From: a virus | Taxonomy: Duplodnaviria; Caudoviricetes | IMG/VR virus record: IMGVR_UViG_3300040971_000127 | Coordinates: 1 to 24,351 of that record | Length of the DNA: 24,351 nt | Strand: one strand, 5' to 3' | Shown: positions 16,809 to 24,351 of the stretch, in pieces | Numbering within the stretch: the first letter of the stretch is position 1 | How the letters are laid out: every line of letters starts with the position of its first letter | Made by a program: the position numbers and the translations under genes | The notes under the pieces: model-generated | Databases searched by the model: none | Seen by the model: the letters and a program-made list of their open reading frames with translations, nothing else | Told to the model about the DNA's origin: nothing

Positions 16809-18133
16809 TACTCACCACCGCCCTGATCGAAACGCCGCTGCGATGCCAACAACGACTGCGCCAGAGATTCATTCTCGGCGGCATCCTGGGCCGCTTTGTC
16901 CTTGGACATCTGCTCCAGGTATGCATCGCTTTTGCCCTCGTCCCGCAGGATGGTGGTCAATGGCATTCCAGCACGCACATTGATTTCTCTGGATTCGGCC
17001 TGGGTACGCGGCTGCACAATTTCCGGCTTGTCATACTCAGCCCGAATATCATTCAGCGGCACGGCCTGACCGCGCGCACGCAACATCAACTGTGCAATCT
17101 GTCCCCAAACCGGTGCGCACCGGTCGATCCTGTCCTGTGCTTTTTTGACCAAAGGCGCTTCCATGACTTGCAAGCTTTCGCCGCTCAGGTTCGACCCGAT
17201 GCTGAAAAAGTAATGTTTGGGCGTCCGGGTAATGCTCGATGTGCTCATCGCCATCTGCTCGATGCCTTTGAGATAGTTCTCCAGGGGTGTCGCTTCAAAC
17301 TGCCCCACCTGGGTAGGCTGGCTGATGCCATCCCCGGCAGGCACGTTCCAGACCTCCTTGGGACGGTTTTTGAGTTGGCCAACATTTTCCGCCGAGCTGA
17401 TCACCCAGCGCTGGTTGAACGCGCCAAACTCTGCCGCAACCATCATATCGGCCAACAGTTTATTAATTGCATTCTGGACCGGCACCACGTTTTTTAAATC
17501 GCTCCGCACGGTTCGCCGTGACATCCGAAAATGGAATACTGGCACGGTTTGCAAGGGATTGCGCTGACGGGCGTCCCGGCCAGGCATGGCAATAAACGCA
17601 TCCACCGCTTGGGCATCATCGGCTTTTCCCTGGGAGATGTAATGCTCAATAAAGTTCGGGTAATACAAGGTCATGCGCAGGCGACCTTCATCATTCACCC
17701 ACCACTTCGCCCCGAACTGTTTTTCCCTGGGACGCGCCGGGTCATAAAAGATGTGTGCCATACGCGGGTCGTTTCGATAAGCCTGTCCATCATTATCGAC
17801 GATTACAAACGATTCACCGGCGACCAGCAAATCCTCGTGGCTGTCGTCGCTTTCGAGATCGAGCTGACTCTCACTCCACAAATCAGACCAGGCTGCCTTG
17901 GCGGCATTCGGCACATGCACACCGCACAGATTAATGCGATCCTTGACTGCATCAATAACCACCGCGCACCAATTCTCGATGAAATAGGCATCCATGCCCC
18001 GGAAGATATCGGCGAGCTTACTGGCTGTATACATCATTTTATGATCACCATCGTAGTAATCGTAAAAATCTTTATACGTTTTCTGTTTAGCAGTCAGCGC
18101 GTCAAAAGCCTTCTTTAAATGCTGTGCGGACAT
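16808..18133 (-). CDS. portal protein (SPP1 gp6-like)
   Basis: YDYYDGDH, NWCAVVIDAVKDRI, VPVFHF, QNAINK and LSGESL motifs. Confidence 0.92.
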   Translation of the reverse strand: MSAQHLKKAFDALTAKQKTYKDFYDYYDGDHKMMYTASKLADIFRGMDAYFIENWCAVVIDAVKDRINLCGVHVPNAAKAAWSDLWSESQLDLESDDSHEDLLVAGESFVIVDNDGQAYRNDPRMAHIFYDPARPREKQFGAKWWVNDEGRLRMTLYYPNFIEHYISQGKADDAQAVDAFIAMPGRDARQRNPLQTVPVFHFRMSRRTVRSDLKNVVPVQNAINKLLADMMVAAEFGAFNQRWVISSAENVGQLKNRPKEVWNVPAGDGISQPTQVGQFEATPLENYLKGIEQMAMSTSSITRTPKHYFFSIGSNLSGESLQVMEAPLVKKAQDRIDRCAPVWGQIAQLMLRARGQAVPLNDIRAEYDKPEIVQPRTQAESREINVRAGMPLTTILRDEGKSDAYLEQMSKDKAAQDAAENESLAQSLLASQRRFDQGGGE

Positions 18134-18142
18134 AATTGCTCC

Positions 18143-19699
18143 TTATCCCTGGTAACTCGTCGCCGATCGGCGAACAGATTTAAGCGTCAATCGCGTGTAA
18201 CATGAGCTGGCTGCGTCCACCTGATCGTCATTGCGGCCTTTCGGGAAGGCCAGGTGCTCATCAGTAAACGCCTTGTTCCAGCCACCCATCAGCAGGGTCA
18301 CAGAACCAGCCTCAAGTGCGCTGCTCCAGGGGTCTGCCCTGGTTTCTTTGTCGCCAGTGACCGGCTCGAAATGTGCCGGAATCGGCGCCAGTGAGCGGTT
18401 GGTTTCGCGCGCACTGTCCAGCCCGGCCCCGCCTGGGTCTTGCTGATGCCACAATGGCGGCGTGGGTACAATACTGTCAAAGCGCTCCCTGGCCACAAAG
18501 TACGCCTCACGCATTTTCCTGTTGCGTTCTAGGGAACTCCATTGACCGCGCACAACCATCAAGACCCAGATATCCCCATTCTGATCAATCGCCATCAACA
18601 CCCCGGCCGTATAGTCGCCCCCGCCCTCGGTCGCCGCCTTATCGAAATACCAGAGCGATCTCACAAAGCGGATGTTCTTCGGCAAGCTGGTAACTATCTT
18701 GCTGAACCAGGGACGCTTAAACATGCCCCCGCTGCGCAAGAATGGCATCTGCTGGAATAGTGAAGCAAAGTTGTGCATGTTCATATTCGCCCGGATGTTT
18801 TCGAGCAACGTCTGGCTGCTCATTTGCGGACAGAGCGCTTCGCCAGGAGCTCGCCCAAGCGGATCAGTCAACGGCAACCAAACACCATCCCGCATCAATT
18901 CACGCTGGGCCGCCTCGTCAACCGGATACTCGCTCTCGTCCAGGGCCAGCGCTGGCAGACAGATAATCTCCCACTGATCAGCCTGTGGGTTTTCGGCCAT
19001 CTCGCGGATCAAGTGCCCCGCCAGATCGTCCGGGTGCCAACGCGTATGAAACAAGATGATTGCAGTACCTTCTTGCTGGCGGGTATAGATCTGACTCTCG
19101 TACCAATCGATTACTTTCTCGCGCTCCGTCTGGCTTTCAGCTTCCTCTCGCCCCGCAAACGGATCATCAATGATGATGCACCGCGCATCATAACCAGTCA
19201 CCGAGCCACCCACGCCGGCGGAGATCATTCCGCCCCGATGGGGCTGCGCCAGGTTCCAGGACGATACGCCCCGGCTATCGCTTGACAGCTGCACTACATC
19301 ATCACGCCCAGCGATTGCTCCGAAAATAGCCGAATAGGCAGGTGTGTTGATCAAATCCCGCACCGCCTTTGAGTTGCGTTCTGCGCGCTTGGCGTTGTAT
19401 GACGTGTTGATAAATCGCCAGTCCGGGTGCTTTCCCAGGCACCAGGCCGGAAACAGATTGGCCGCCTCCGTTGATTTGCCATGCTGTGGCGGCATCAAGA
19501 CCATCAGCCGCCCACTGCCACGCTGTCCCCGCGTCTCAATAAATTCGACCACACGCATCAGGGCTTCTTCGACCAGCTTTTGGTGCTTGTAAATCTTAAA
19601 TCCAGGGAGAACATACTCCCCAAAGCGTAAGAGCTGGCGCCGCGCCAATTCCCGGCGGGCCAGCTCCTGGCGTGCCTGGTTACGCGAGATGACAGCCAT
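18143..19699 (-). CDS. terL: terminase large subunit
   Basis: Walker A MPPQHGKS, Walker B CIIIDDP, TRWHPDDLAG, nuclease YFDKA and FPKGRNDDQVDA. Confidence 0.95.
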   Translation of the reverse strand: MAVISRNQARQELARRELARRQLLRFGEYVLPGFKIYKHQKLVEEALMRVVEFIETRGQRGSGRLMVLMPPQHGKSTEAANLFPAWCLGKHPDWRFINTSYNAKRAERNSKAVRDLINTPAYSAIFGAIAGRDDVVQLSSDSRGVSSWNLAQPHRGGMISAGVGGSVTGYDARCIIIDDPFAGREEAESQTEREKVIDWYESQIYTRQQEGTAIILFHTRWHPDDLAGHLIREMAENPQADQWEIICLPALALDESEYPVDEAAQRELMRDGVWLPLTDPLGRAPGEALCPQMSSQTLLENIRANMNMHNFASLFQQMPFLRSGGMFKRPWFSKIVTSLPKNIRFVRSLWYFDKAATEGGGDYTAGVLMAIDQNGDIWVLMVVRGQWSSLERNRKMREAYFVARERFDSIVPTPPLWHQQDPGGAGLDSARETNRSLAPIPAHFEPVTGDKETRADPWSSALEAGSVTLLMGGWNKAFTDEHLAFPKGRNDDQVDAASSCYTRLTLKSVRRSATSYQG

Positions 19700-20343
19700 T
19701 ATTCATCTCCGTTGACGGGGCCTACAATCTTTTCCAGCACGGCATCAGGCTGCTTCTCAAACGAGCCGTCTCCGCTGCGCTTCAGTTCGGCTTCAAACTT
19801 CGCACTGGGTACATAATCGCCGGTGATTTCGGCAAACAATTTACGGTCCGGGTTGTGCTTGTAATCCGGGTTGCTGGCGCTCTCGGCCAACGCCTGGAAG
19901 ACATCTGCGCGATGCTTCAACAGCGGCCCAATCTGCAATTTGGCAATCAGCGTATCAATCGACGGATACTGCCGCCGCCACTTGCTGAACTGCCGATCAC
20001 TGGTCAAGCCCAGCATGTGCGCCAGCTCCTCCTGGGTTGCTGGCACCCTGTCCAGTCTGGGGCTGCTCGCCCAGGCAATGAAAGCCGCGATGCGCGGAGG
20101 CCATTGCCCGTCCAGCAAATCCAAAAATGTTTCGAAATAAGGCAGATTTAATGCCCTTTCCCTGAATGCCTGCATAGCCAGAGCTTCTCGCCGCCGCACT
20201 GCATCGAAGCTCAGCGCGCCAGGCTGATGATCGTCATCCGGCAGATCGATATCGAACAAGGCGGGCTGCATCGTATCCGCCTCTTCATACACCCGGAAAT
20301 CGTATTCTGCTTTCAGGCTTTCCAGCCGTTTTTCATCAGCCAT
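19699..20343 (-). CDS. probable terminase small subunit (HTH)
   Basis: HTH-like PATQEELAHMLGLTSDRQFSKWR; translationally coupled to terL. Confidence 0.7.
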   Translation of the reverse strand: MADEKRLESLKAEYDFRVYEEADTMQPALFDIDLPDDDHQPGALSFDAVRRREALAMQAFRERALNLPYFETFLDLLDGQWPPRIAAFIAWASSPRLDRVPATQEELAHMLGLTSDRQFSKWRRQYPSIDTLIAKLQIGPLLKHRADVFQALAESASNPDYKHNPDRKLFAEITGDYVPSAKFEAELKRSGDGSFEKQPDAVLEKIVGPVNGDE

Positions 20344-20352
20344 AGGAAACTC

Positions 20353-20709
20353 CTAATTCAGGGATTCCAATTCCTGAGTTGCAAAACGGATGATTTTTTG
20401 CAGAGCATCACGCTTACCGCGTTTGTACTCACCGTCCGGAACAGGCACAGGTGCAGGGTCAGGGATGTTCTTAACTTCGCACAGATAATTGCCGGCAGGC
20501 TGACGCACGCAAACATAAGCGTCAACATTCAGGAGATCTGGAAGAACGATCTTGGCCCACTGCTCAACACTCTTGGGTACGTCGAAAAGTTGAATAACGT
20601 CAAACTGTTTGCCGTTTTCAAGTCCTTTTTCCAATAACAAATCAGCGTTGGCTTTGGGAGCCTTGCGCACGTTTAGAGTTCGTGTGATTACAGTTAATTT
20701 CAGACCCAT
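20353..20709 (-). CDS. SH3b-like domain protein (118 aa)
   Basis: TRTLNVRKAP...WAKI...YV pattern. Start reassigned to MGLKL, which has RBS AAGGAG. Confidence 0.6.
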   Translation of the reverse strand: MGLKLTVITRTLNVRKAPKANADLLLEKGLENGKQFDVIQLFDVPKSVEQWAKIVLPDLLNVDAYVCVRQPAGNYLCEVKNIPDPAPVPVPDGEYKRGKRDALQKIIRFATQELESLN

Positions 20710-20722
20710 AGTATTTTTCTCC

Positions 20723-21142
20723 TTATGATTTCCGGCGAGCTGGCGGCCGGTCTGCCCCGCCGCTGGCCCGCACAAATGTGTCGTGGTTGTTGACTGATAC
20801 CGTCAGCTCATTGATCTGTTCAACCAGCTTTTCGAGCACTGCGCTATTGCGCCGATCATTCGCGACCCACTGCTCTTGCATTGTTCGCAAAAAAGATTGC
20901 CATTGCTGGTCCCTCTGCTGGGATTGCTCGGCTTCCCATTTGCGCTGTGTTTCCCGCTCCAAATCGCGCTTTTCATCCTGCTCTTTTCGCTCTGCCGCCC
21001 GCAGGGCTTCCTGTTTAGCCTGCCACGTCATCAACTCATGCCAGAGCAGGAAAAATGCTCTCGCAATCAACGTTGTTGACAGAACCAGTACGGCGACAAT
21101 AGAAAACTGAAGCCAAATGCTCTCCGGTGGCATGGCAATCAC
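20723..21142 (-). CDS. holin-like protein (one TM + coiled coil)
   Basis: N-terminal hydrophobic helix followed by a charged coiled coil. Confidence 0.5.
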   Translation of the reverse strand: MIAMPPESIWLQFSIVAVLVLSTTLIARAFFLLWHELMTWQAKQEALRAAERKEQDEKRDLERETQRKWEAEQSQQRDQQWQSFLRTMQEQWVANDRRNSAVLEKLVEQINELTVSVNNHDTFVRASGGADRPPARRKS

Positions 21143-21552
21143 TCCGGGAGCAGCTTATCTTCGATTTTGTCAAAGACAATCCGAGATAACGCGTTATATA
21201 AGATCGTCGCAGAACCCGTCAGCGTCAGGGCGATTGGGCCGAATTGGTTTACAAGTTCGGCAAGCTGCTCTGTGTATTTGGCCGCATCGCCTTGCCAAAT
21301 CGGCAGCGTACCCAGGCTGGTTGGGTTCGACACAATCGCCAGCCCGAATGCCACGCTGTACACCAACAAGCTGACCCATCCACGGCCAACCGACTTTTTC
21401 GTGAACTTGGCAAACAGGTTGATCATGGCCACAATCAGCATCGCAAAAACGCTGATCAGTGCAGTGCTTTGGTCACTGGTGCTGATCACACCCAGAGCCA
21501 GCAAGACCGCAGCGATTTGCTTCCACTCCAATTGTTTCAAAAACTTTTCCAT
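21139..21552 (-). CDS. holin-like multi-TM membrane protein
   Basis: Three to four hydrophobic segments, RBS AAGGAG; first gene after leader copy 2. Confidence 0.55.
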   Translation of the reverse strand: MEKFLKQLEWKQIAAVLLALGVISTSDQSTALISVFAMLIVAMINLFAKFTKKSVGRGWVSLLVYSVAFGLAIVSNPTSLGTLPIWQGDAAKYTEQLAELVNQFGPIALTLTGSATILYNALSRIVFDKIEDKLLPE

Positions 21553-21579
21553 TGCACATCTCCTTGTGGGTGATTAACG

Positions 21580-21702
21580 AAAAAAAGCGCCCGGCACAAT
21601 CACTGTGCCAGGCGCTAATCTCTGGGTTGGCCCCAAAAAGTGGGGCTGCAATCAATATTCAACTACTGAATATTGTACTCATCACCGAATCGGCTGTCAA
21701 GC
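21580..21702 (-). promoter_or_regulatory. late-operon leader, copy 2: promoter + palindrome + hairpin + terminator
   Basis: 119/123 identical to 15702-15824; -35 TTGACA at 21700-21695, -10 TACAAT at 21677-21672; terminator 21580-21616. Confidence 0.85.
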
Positions 21703-22691
21703 TAGGTTTTCTGATCCTTCGGAATATAACTGTAAGTAATGCCAATGCGCCGGTGGCCCAGTTCAAGCGCCACTTGTTTCCGCGCCTCCCGGTCGGTTAG
21801 GCCCTGGGCAATCATCTCGTTGTAGCGAGCCTGGGCATAATTGGAGCGAAAGCGATGAATGCCACTGGCGCTAATTCCAAGATCTTCTGTCACCTTGAAG
21901 ACTTCGTAGCCAAAAGCATCCTTCCACGACTGGTTCGGGGTAAACAAGTATTCCAGGGACGGGTTGAGCTTCTCTGCCAGTTCAGGAGACAAAGGCACAT
22001 CGCGCAACAAACCACCTTTTCCCTTGATGTGCAGGACGCCTGCCGCCTTGTCCACCTGGTTACCACGTAACATCGCAATCTCGTCCACCCGCAGCCCTGC
22101 CCGCAGGGCGACTTCGACGGCCAGGGCAAACGGAGAATTGCACTCTTGCATCGTCTCCAGGATGAGCTCGGCGTCTTCGGGGTTGTAGCCAAACCTGGGT
22201 TTGCGCACATCAAAATCATCAACATACGTTTTGATATGCGCGCGAAATTCTTTGGTGATCGGCAATTCATCCGGGTTGTTCGGGTCGCCGTCAATGTATC
22301 CTTCCTCAATGCAGCAAAGATACAATTTGTTGATGGCAGACATCCGCTTACGATGAGTTGCCGGTGCCTGATGCCGGTAAAACTCATCAAAAGTCATTTG
22401 CAACACTTTTGGGTTGAGCAGGTCCCTCAAGAGTTTGAGCCCCGTCAGTGCGCGCGCGTTCTCGAAGAACGGCAGCAAAGTATCAAAATAGGTTTCGTAG
22501 GTACCGGAACTCAAGATTTTTGGCAACTGGGCAGTCGGGTCGCCATGCGGGCGCAGCGCCTTTTTGACTGATACAACATTATGCTCAATTTTGTACGCCT
22601 TGATTTCAGGCGGGCTCATTTTCAGGCTGTTCAATGCCTGGGAGAGTTGGTACACGATCGAACCACGCAGCTTACGACATTTTTTCGACAT
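21702..22691 (-). CDS. tyrosine recombinase/integrase (329 aa)
   Basis: Full catalytic set: AGLRVDEI (R), IKGKGG (K), IHRFR (HxxR), LGHRRIGITYSY (H, Y). RBS AAAGGAG. Confidence 0.92.
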   Translation of the reverse strand: MSKKCRKLRGSIVYQLSQALNSLKMSPPEIKAYKIEHNVVSVKKALRPHGDPTAQLPKILSSGTYETYFDTLLPFFENARALTGLKLLRDLLNPKVLQMTFDEFYRHQAPATHRKRMSAINKLYLCCIEEGYIDGDPNNPDELPITKEFRAHIKTYVDDFDVRKPRFGYNPEDAELILETMQECNSPFALAVEVALRAGLRVDEIAMLRGNQVDKAAGVLHIKGKGGLLRDVPLSPELAEKLNPSLEYLFTPNQSWKDAFGYEVFKVTEDLGISASGIHRFRSNYAQARYNEMIAQGLTDREARKQVALELGHRRIGITYSYIPKDQKT

Positions 22692-23060
22692 ATAGGTACA
22701 CTCCTTTTTCGGACTAAATTTCCGTTCTGTGCGTTTCTATTTAACAATCTTGAAAAAAACGAACACGCTAAGCCGGTCGCTCCCTGTTTTTCTGGGGGCG
22801 GAAGTATGGGGGGATTGTTCTCGCTCGCGATGACCCCCAAGGTCAGTCCGAATCGCCAGCGCACTTGCAGCCTCCCAAGACGTGGGATTCTGGGCTGCTA
22901 TGACGAGCGAATCGGACAATTAAAATAAAAATAGACCGTTCATTTCGCTCGTCGTGGGCTCGTTGTGTTGTGTTGCAGACGTTGAAATGTGAGTCTATCG
23001 TTGGTGGTGCTATCAGACGTATGTGTGTATCGACGAATATATCGCCGAAGGAACGATATA
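22692..23060 (-). ncRNA. candidate structured leader / ncRNA upstream of the recombinase
   Basis: No credible ORF. Stems at 23038-23060, 22902-22953, 22867-22898 and 22822-22861 lie between a promoter and the RBS. Confidence 0.45.
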
Positions 23061-23089
23061 AATATAGCACAAGATTTCTAAAAAATCAA
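23061..23089 (-). promoter_or_regulatory. sigma70-type promoter with extended -10, facing the recombinase
   Basis: TTGATT (23089-23084), 17-bp spacer, TGcTATATT (-10 at 23066-23061). Confidence 0.55.
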
Positions 23090-23337
23090 ATATTTACAAA
23101 ACGAATATTCCAGATGTGGGGTTTGCGAAAAGACTTAAGCCCGTCCCGGTTTTCGCTGGCGTAAACCCCTTTTAAAGCTTTTTTTTGGGTTTTTCGCAAA
23201 ATTTTGCCGGTTTTCGAAGAACAAAAAAGGGTTTTCGTAGCTGTGAAAACCCTAAATAGCAGTTCACTTTGCCCACCCCAGCAAATGAACCCGACAACGT
23301 GACCTTTGGGGCAATAATGTCGTTTCCTTTTATCCAT
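23086..23337 (-). pseudogene. small Cys-motif (Zn-ribbon-like) gene, probably disrupted after codon ~19
   Basis: Strong RBS GGAGGT and an ATG overlapping the upstream gene. MDKRKRHYCPKGHVVGFIC then runs into homopolymer-rich sequence and the recombinase promoter. Confidence 0.4.
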
Positions 23338-23674
23338 TTGCCACCTCCATGTATTTAGCGTTTCGTCCAACAGGTTGGCCGGGACGAACAGCCCGCCCGT
23401 TCCGGCCAACCATCACCACCCCAGCCGGAACCCAACTGGCCTGAATCAGAGTCACCAACGTGTCTTCTCCTACCGGCAACTCTGTAAACTCAGCTGCACC
23501 ATGAGGGATTGAGAGCACGAATGCATACAAATTACCCTGGCCATAAATCCTGGCCCCGGATTCAATTGCATCGCGTACCCGCTCCCCTATAGCCATTTCC
23601 ACCATCACCATCCGGCGAATTTCGACTAGCATATTGTCGATATGAAAGTGTAGCGTGACGCTCCGGCTATTCAT
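23330..23674 (-). CDS. hypothetical phage protein (114 aa)
   Basis: Start reassigned to MNSRS; overlaps both neighbours by 8 bp. Confidence 0.65.
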   Translation of the reverse strand: MNSRSVTLHFHIDNMLVEIRRMVMVEMAIGERVRDAIESGARIYGQGNLYAFVLSIPHGAAEFTELPVGEDTLVTLIQASWVPAGVVMVGRNGRAVRPGQPVGRNAKYMEVANG

Positions 23675-24351
23675 TTTGATCTTCCGAGAGTTTATCAAGG
23701 GTGCTACGAGCGTATACTTTCCAGGTGCGAGCCAAACGCTCCGGGTCTTTACCGGATAGTTTGTAGCGGGCAACGATGTCACTCACCGGAGCATCCACTA
23801 TCCACCGGTAATCATCCGGCGAAACATCCGACCACCGCAGGCGAGTGTCCGGCAACTTTCCCGCAACTTCCGGTGACTTTCCGGCATCTTCCGGCAACTT
23901 TCCGCCACCATCCGGTGAGTTTCCGGCGACTTTCCGGACACCATCCACTTCAATCTTGGCAATCTTCCGACGACTCCCCTCCTCAATCTTCCGGAGCCTT
24001 TCATCATGTTCCATGCGCAAACGCTCCTCCTCCATCCGGCGAGCATGCACGCGTTCATCACGCTCACGTTCTGCCTTGACATTCATTTCACGGTTGTGTT
24101 CGTTCAACAGACGCAAGCGCTCATGGCTTTCTTGCTCCAAACGACGGGATTCGGCTTCTGCCATTGCCTGGAGCCGTTTGCCCATCTGGTTACGCAAGGC
24201 CACCATCAACCCGCCCAAAAGACCAAAGCTGGACATCAATGCCAGGGTAAGCTTGTGCCAAATGTCGCCATCGTCCAGTAATGCATTGATCGAAATCACG
24301 ACAAACAGGTAAACCAGGACACCTGCAATCGCCACCCAATATTGTCCGGCA
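23667..24351 (-). CDS. membrane-anchored coiled-coil protein, 5' end probably beyond the window
   Basis: Frame is open to the window edge (AGQYWVAIAG...). Two TM helices, an E/R-rich coiled coil, heptapeptide repeats and a small C-terminal domain. Confidence 0.75.
   Translation of the reverse strand, partial: AGQYWVAIAGVLVYLFVVISINALLDDGDIWHKLTLALMSSFGLLGGLMVALRNQMGKRLQAMAEAESRRLEQESHERLRLLNEHNREMNVKAERERDERVHARRMEEERLRMEHDERLRKIEEGSRRKIAKIEVDGVRKVAGNSPDGGGKLPEDAGKSPEVAGKLPDTRLRWSDVSPDDYRWIVDAPVSDIVARYKLSGKDPERLARTWKVYARSTLDKLSEDQNE
23849..23939. repeat. four imperfect 21-bp tandem repeats
   Basis: ccggcaactttcccgcaactt / ccggtgactttccggcatctt / ccggcaactttccgccaccat / ccggtgagtttccggcgactt; encodes GNSPDGG-GKLPEDA-GKSPEVA-GKLPD. 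Confidence 0.8.

Larger units (their letters stand above)
3496..24351 (-). mobile_element. siphovirus-type prophage late region (continues beyond right edge; att sites not identified)
   Basis: Contiguous, translationally coupled terminase-portal-capsid-tail gene order; GC content visibly higher than the cassette array. Confidence 0.9.

Noticed and set aside
7262-19592. Long + strand ORFs (e.g. 9143-10372, 16631-17497, 17531-18118)
   Set aside because: Antisense shadows of well-supported phage genes, with no recognisable motifs.
21702-22691. Recombinase as the integron integrase (IntI) for the array
   Set aside because: It lacks the IntI-specific insertion before the HxxR motif and lies >21 kb from the attI-like site.
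22631-23164. Short ORFs 22631-22864, 22737-22919, 22843-23070 and 22970-23164
   Set aside because: No convincing RBS, mutually overlapping, and coincident with the promoter and stem-loops.

Overview
The window has two parts. (1) Positions ~260-3210 are an AT-rich integron-like cassette array on the + strand. It has an attI-like site (~266-287), three related attC sites and four cassettes: a hypothetical gene, an Abi_C/AbiJ-like abortive-infection gene, a CCCH-motif protein gene and a small membrane protein gene. A 168-bp MITE sits at the GTT crossover of attC2, and no intI is visible. (2) Positions 3496-24351 are a siphovirus-type prophage late region on the - strand. In transcription order it encodes a membrane coiled-coil protein, small genes, a tyrosine recombinase, two holin-like genes, an SH3b-like protein, TerS, TerL, portal, minor head, scaffold, major capsid, decoration, connector, HK97 gp10-like, tail terminator, tail tube, a tail chaperone with a -1 frameshift, tape measure, Dit, a tail hub and a LamG-tipped fibre. 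The most unusual non-coding signals are: a 123-bp promoter/palindrome/hairpin/terminator leader duplicated in front of both late operons; a ~360-nt structured leader with its own promoter ahead of the recombinase, which looks inserted into a small Cys-containing gene; and a promoter-driven hairpin sRNA candidate at the integron/prophage junction. Product calls rest on motif recognition and synteny only; no database searches were run.
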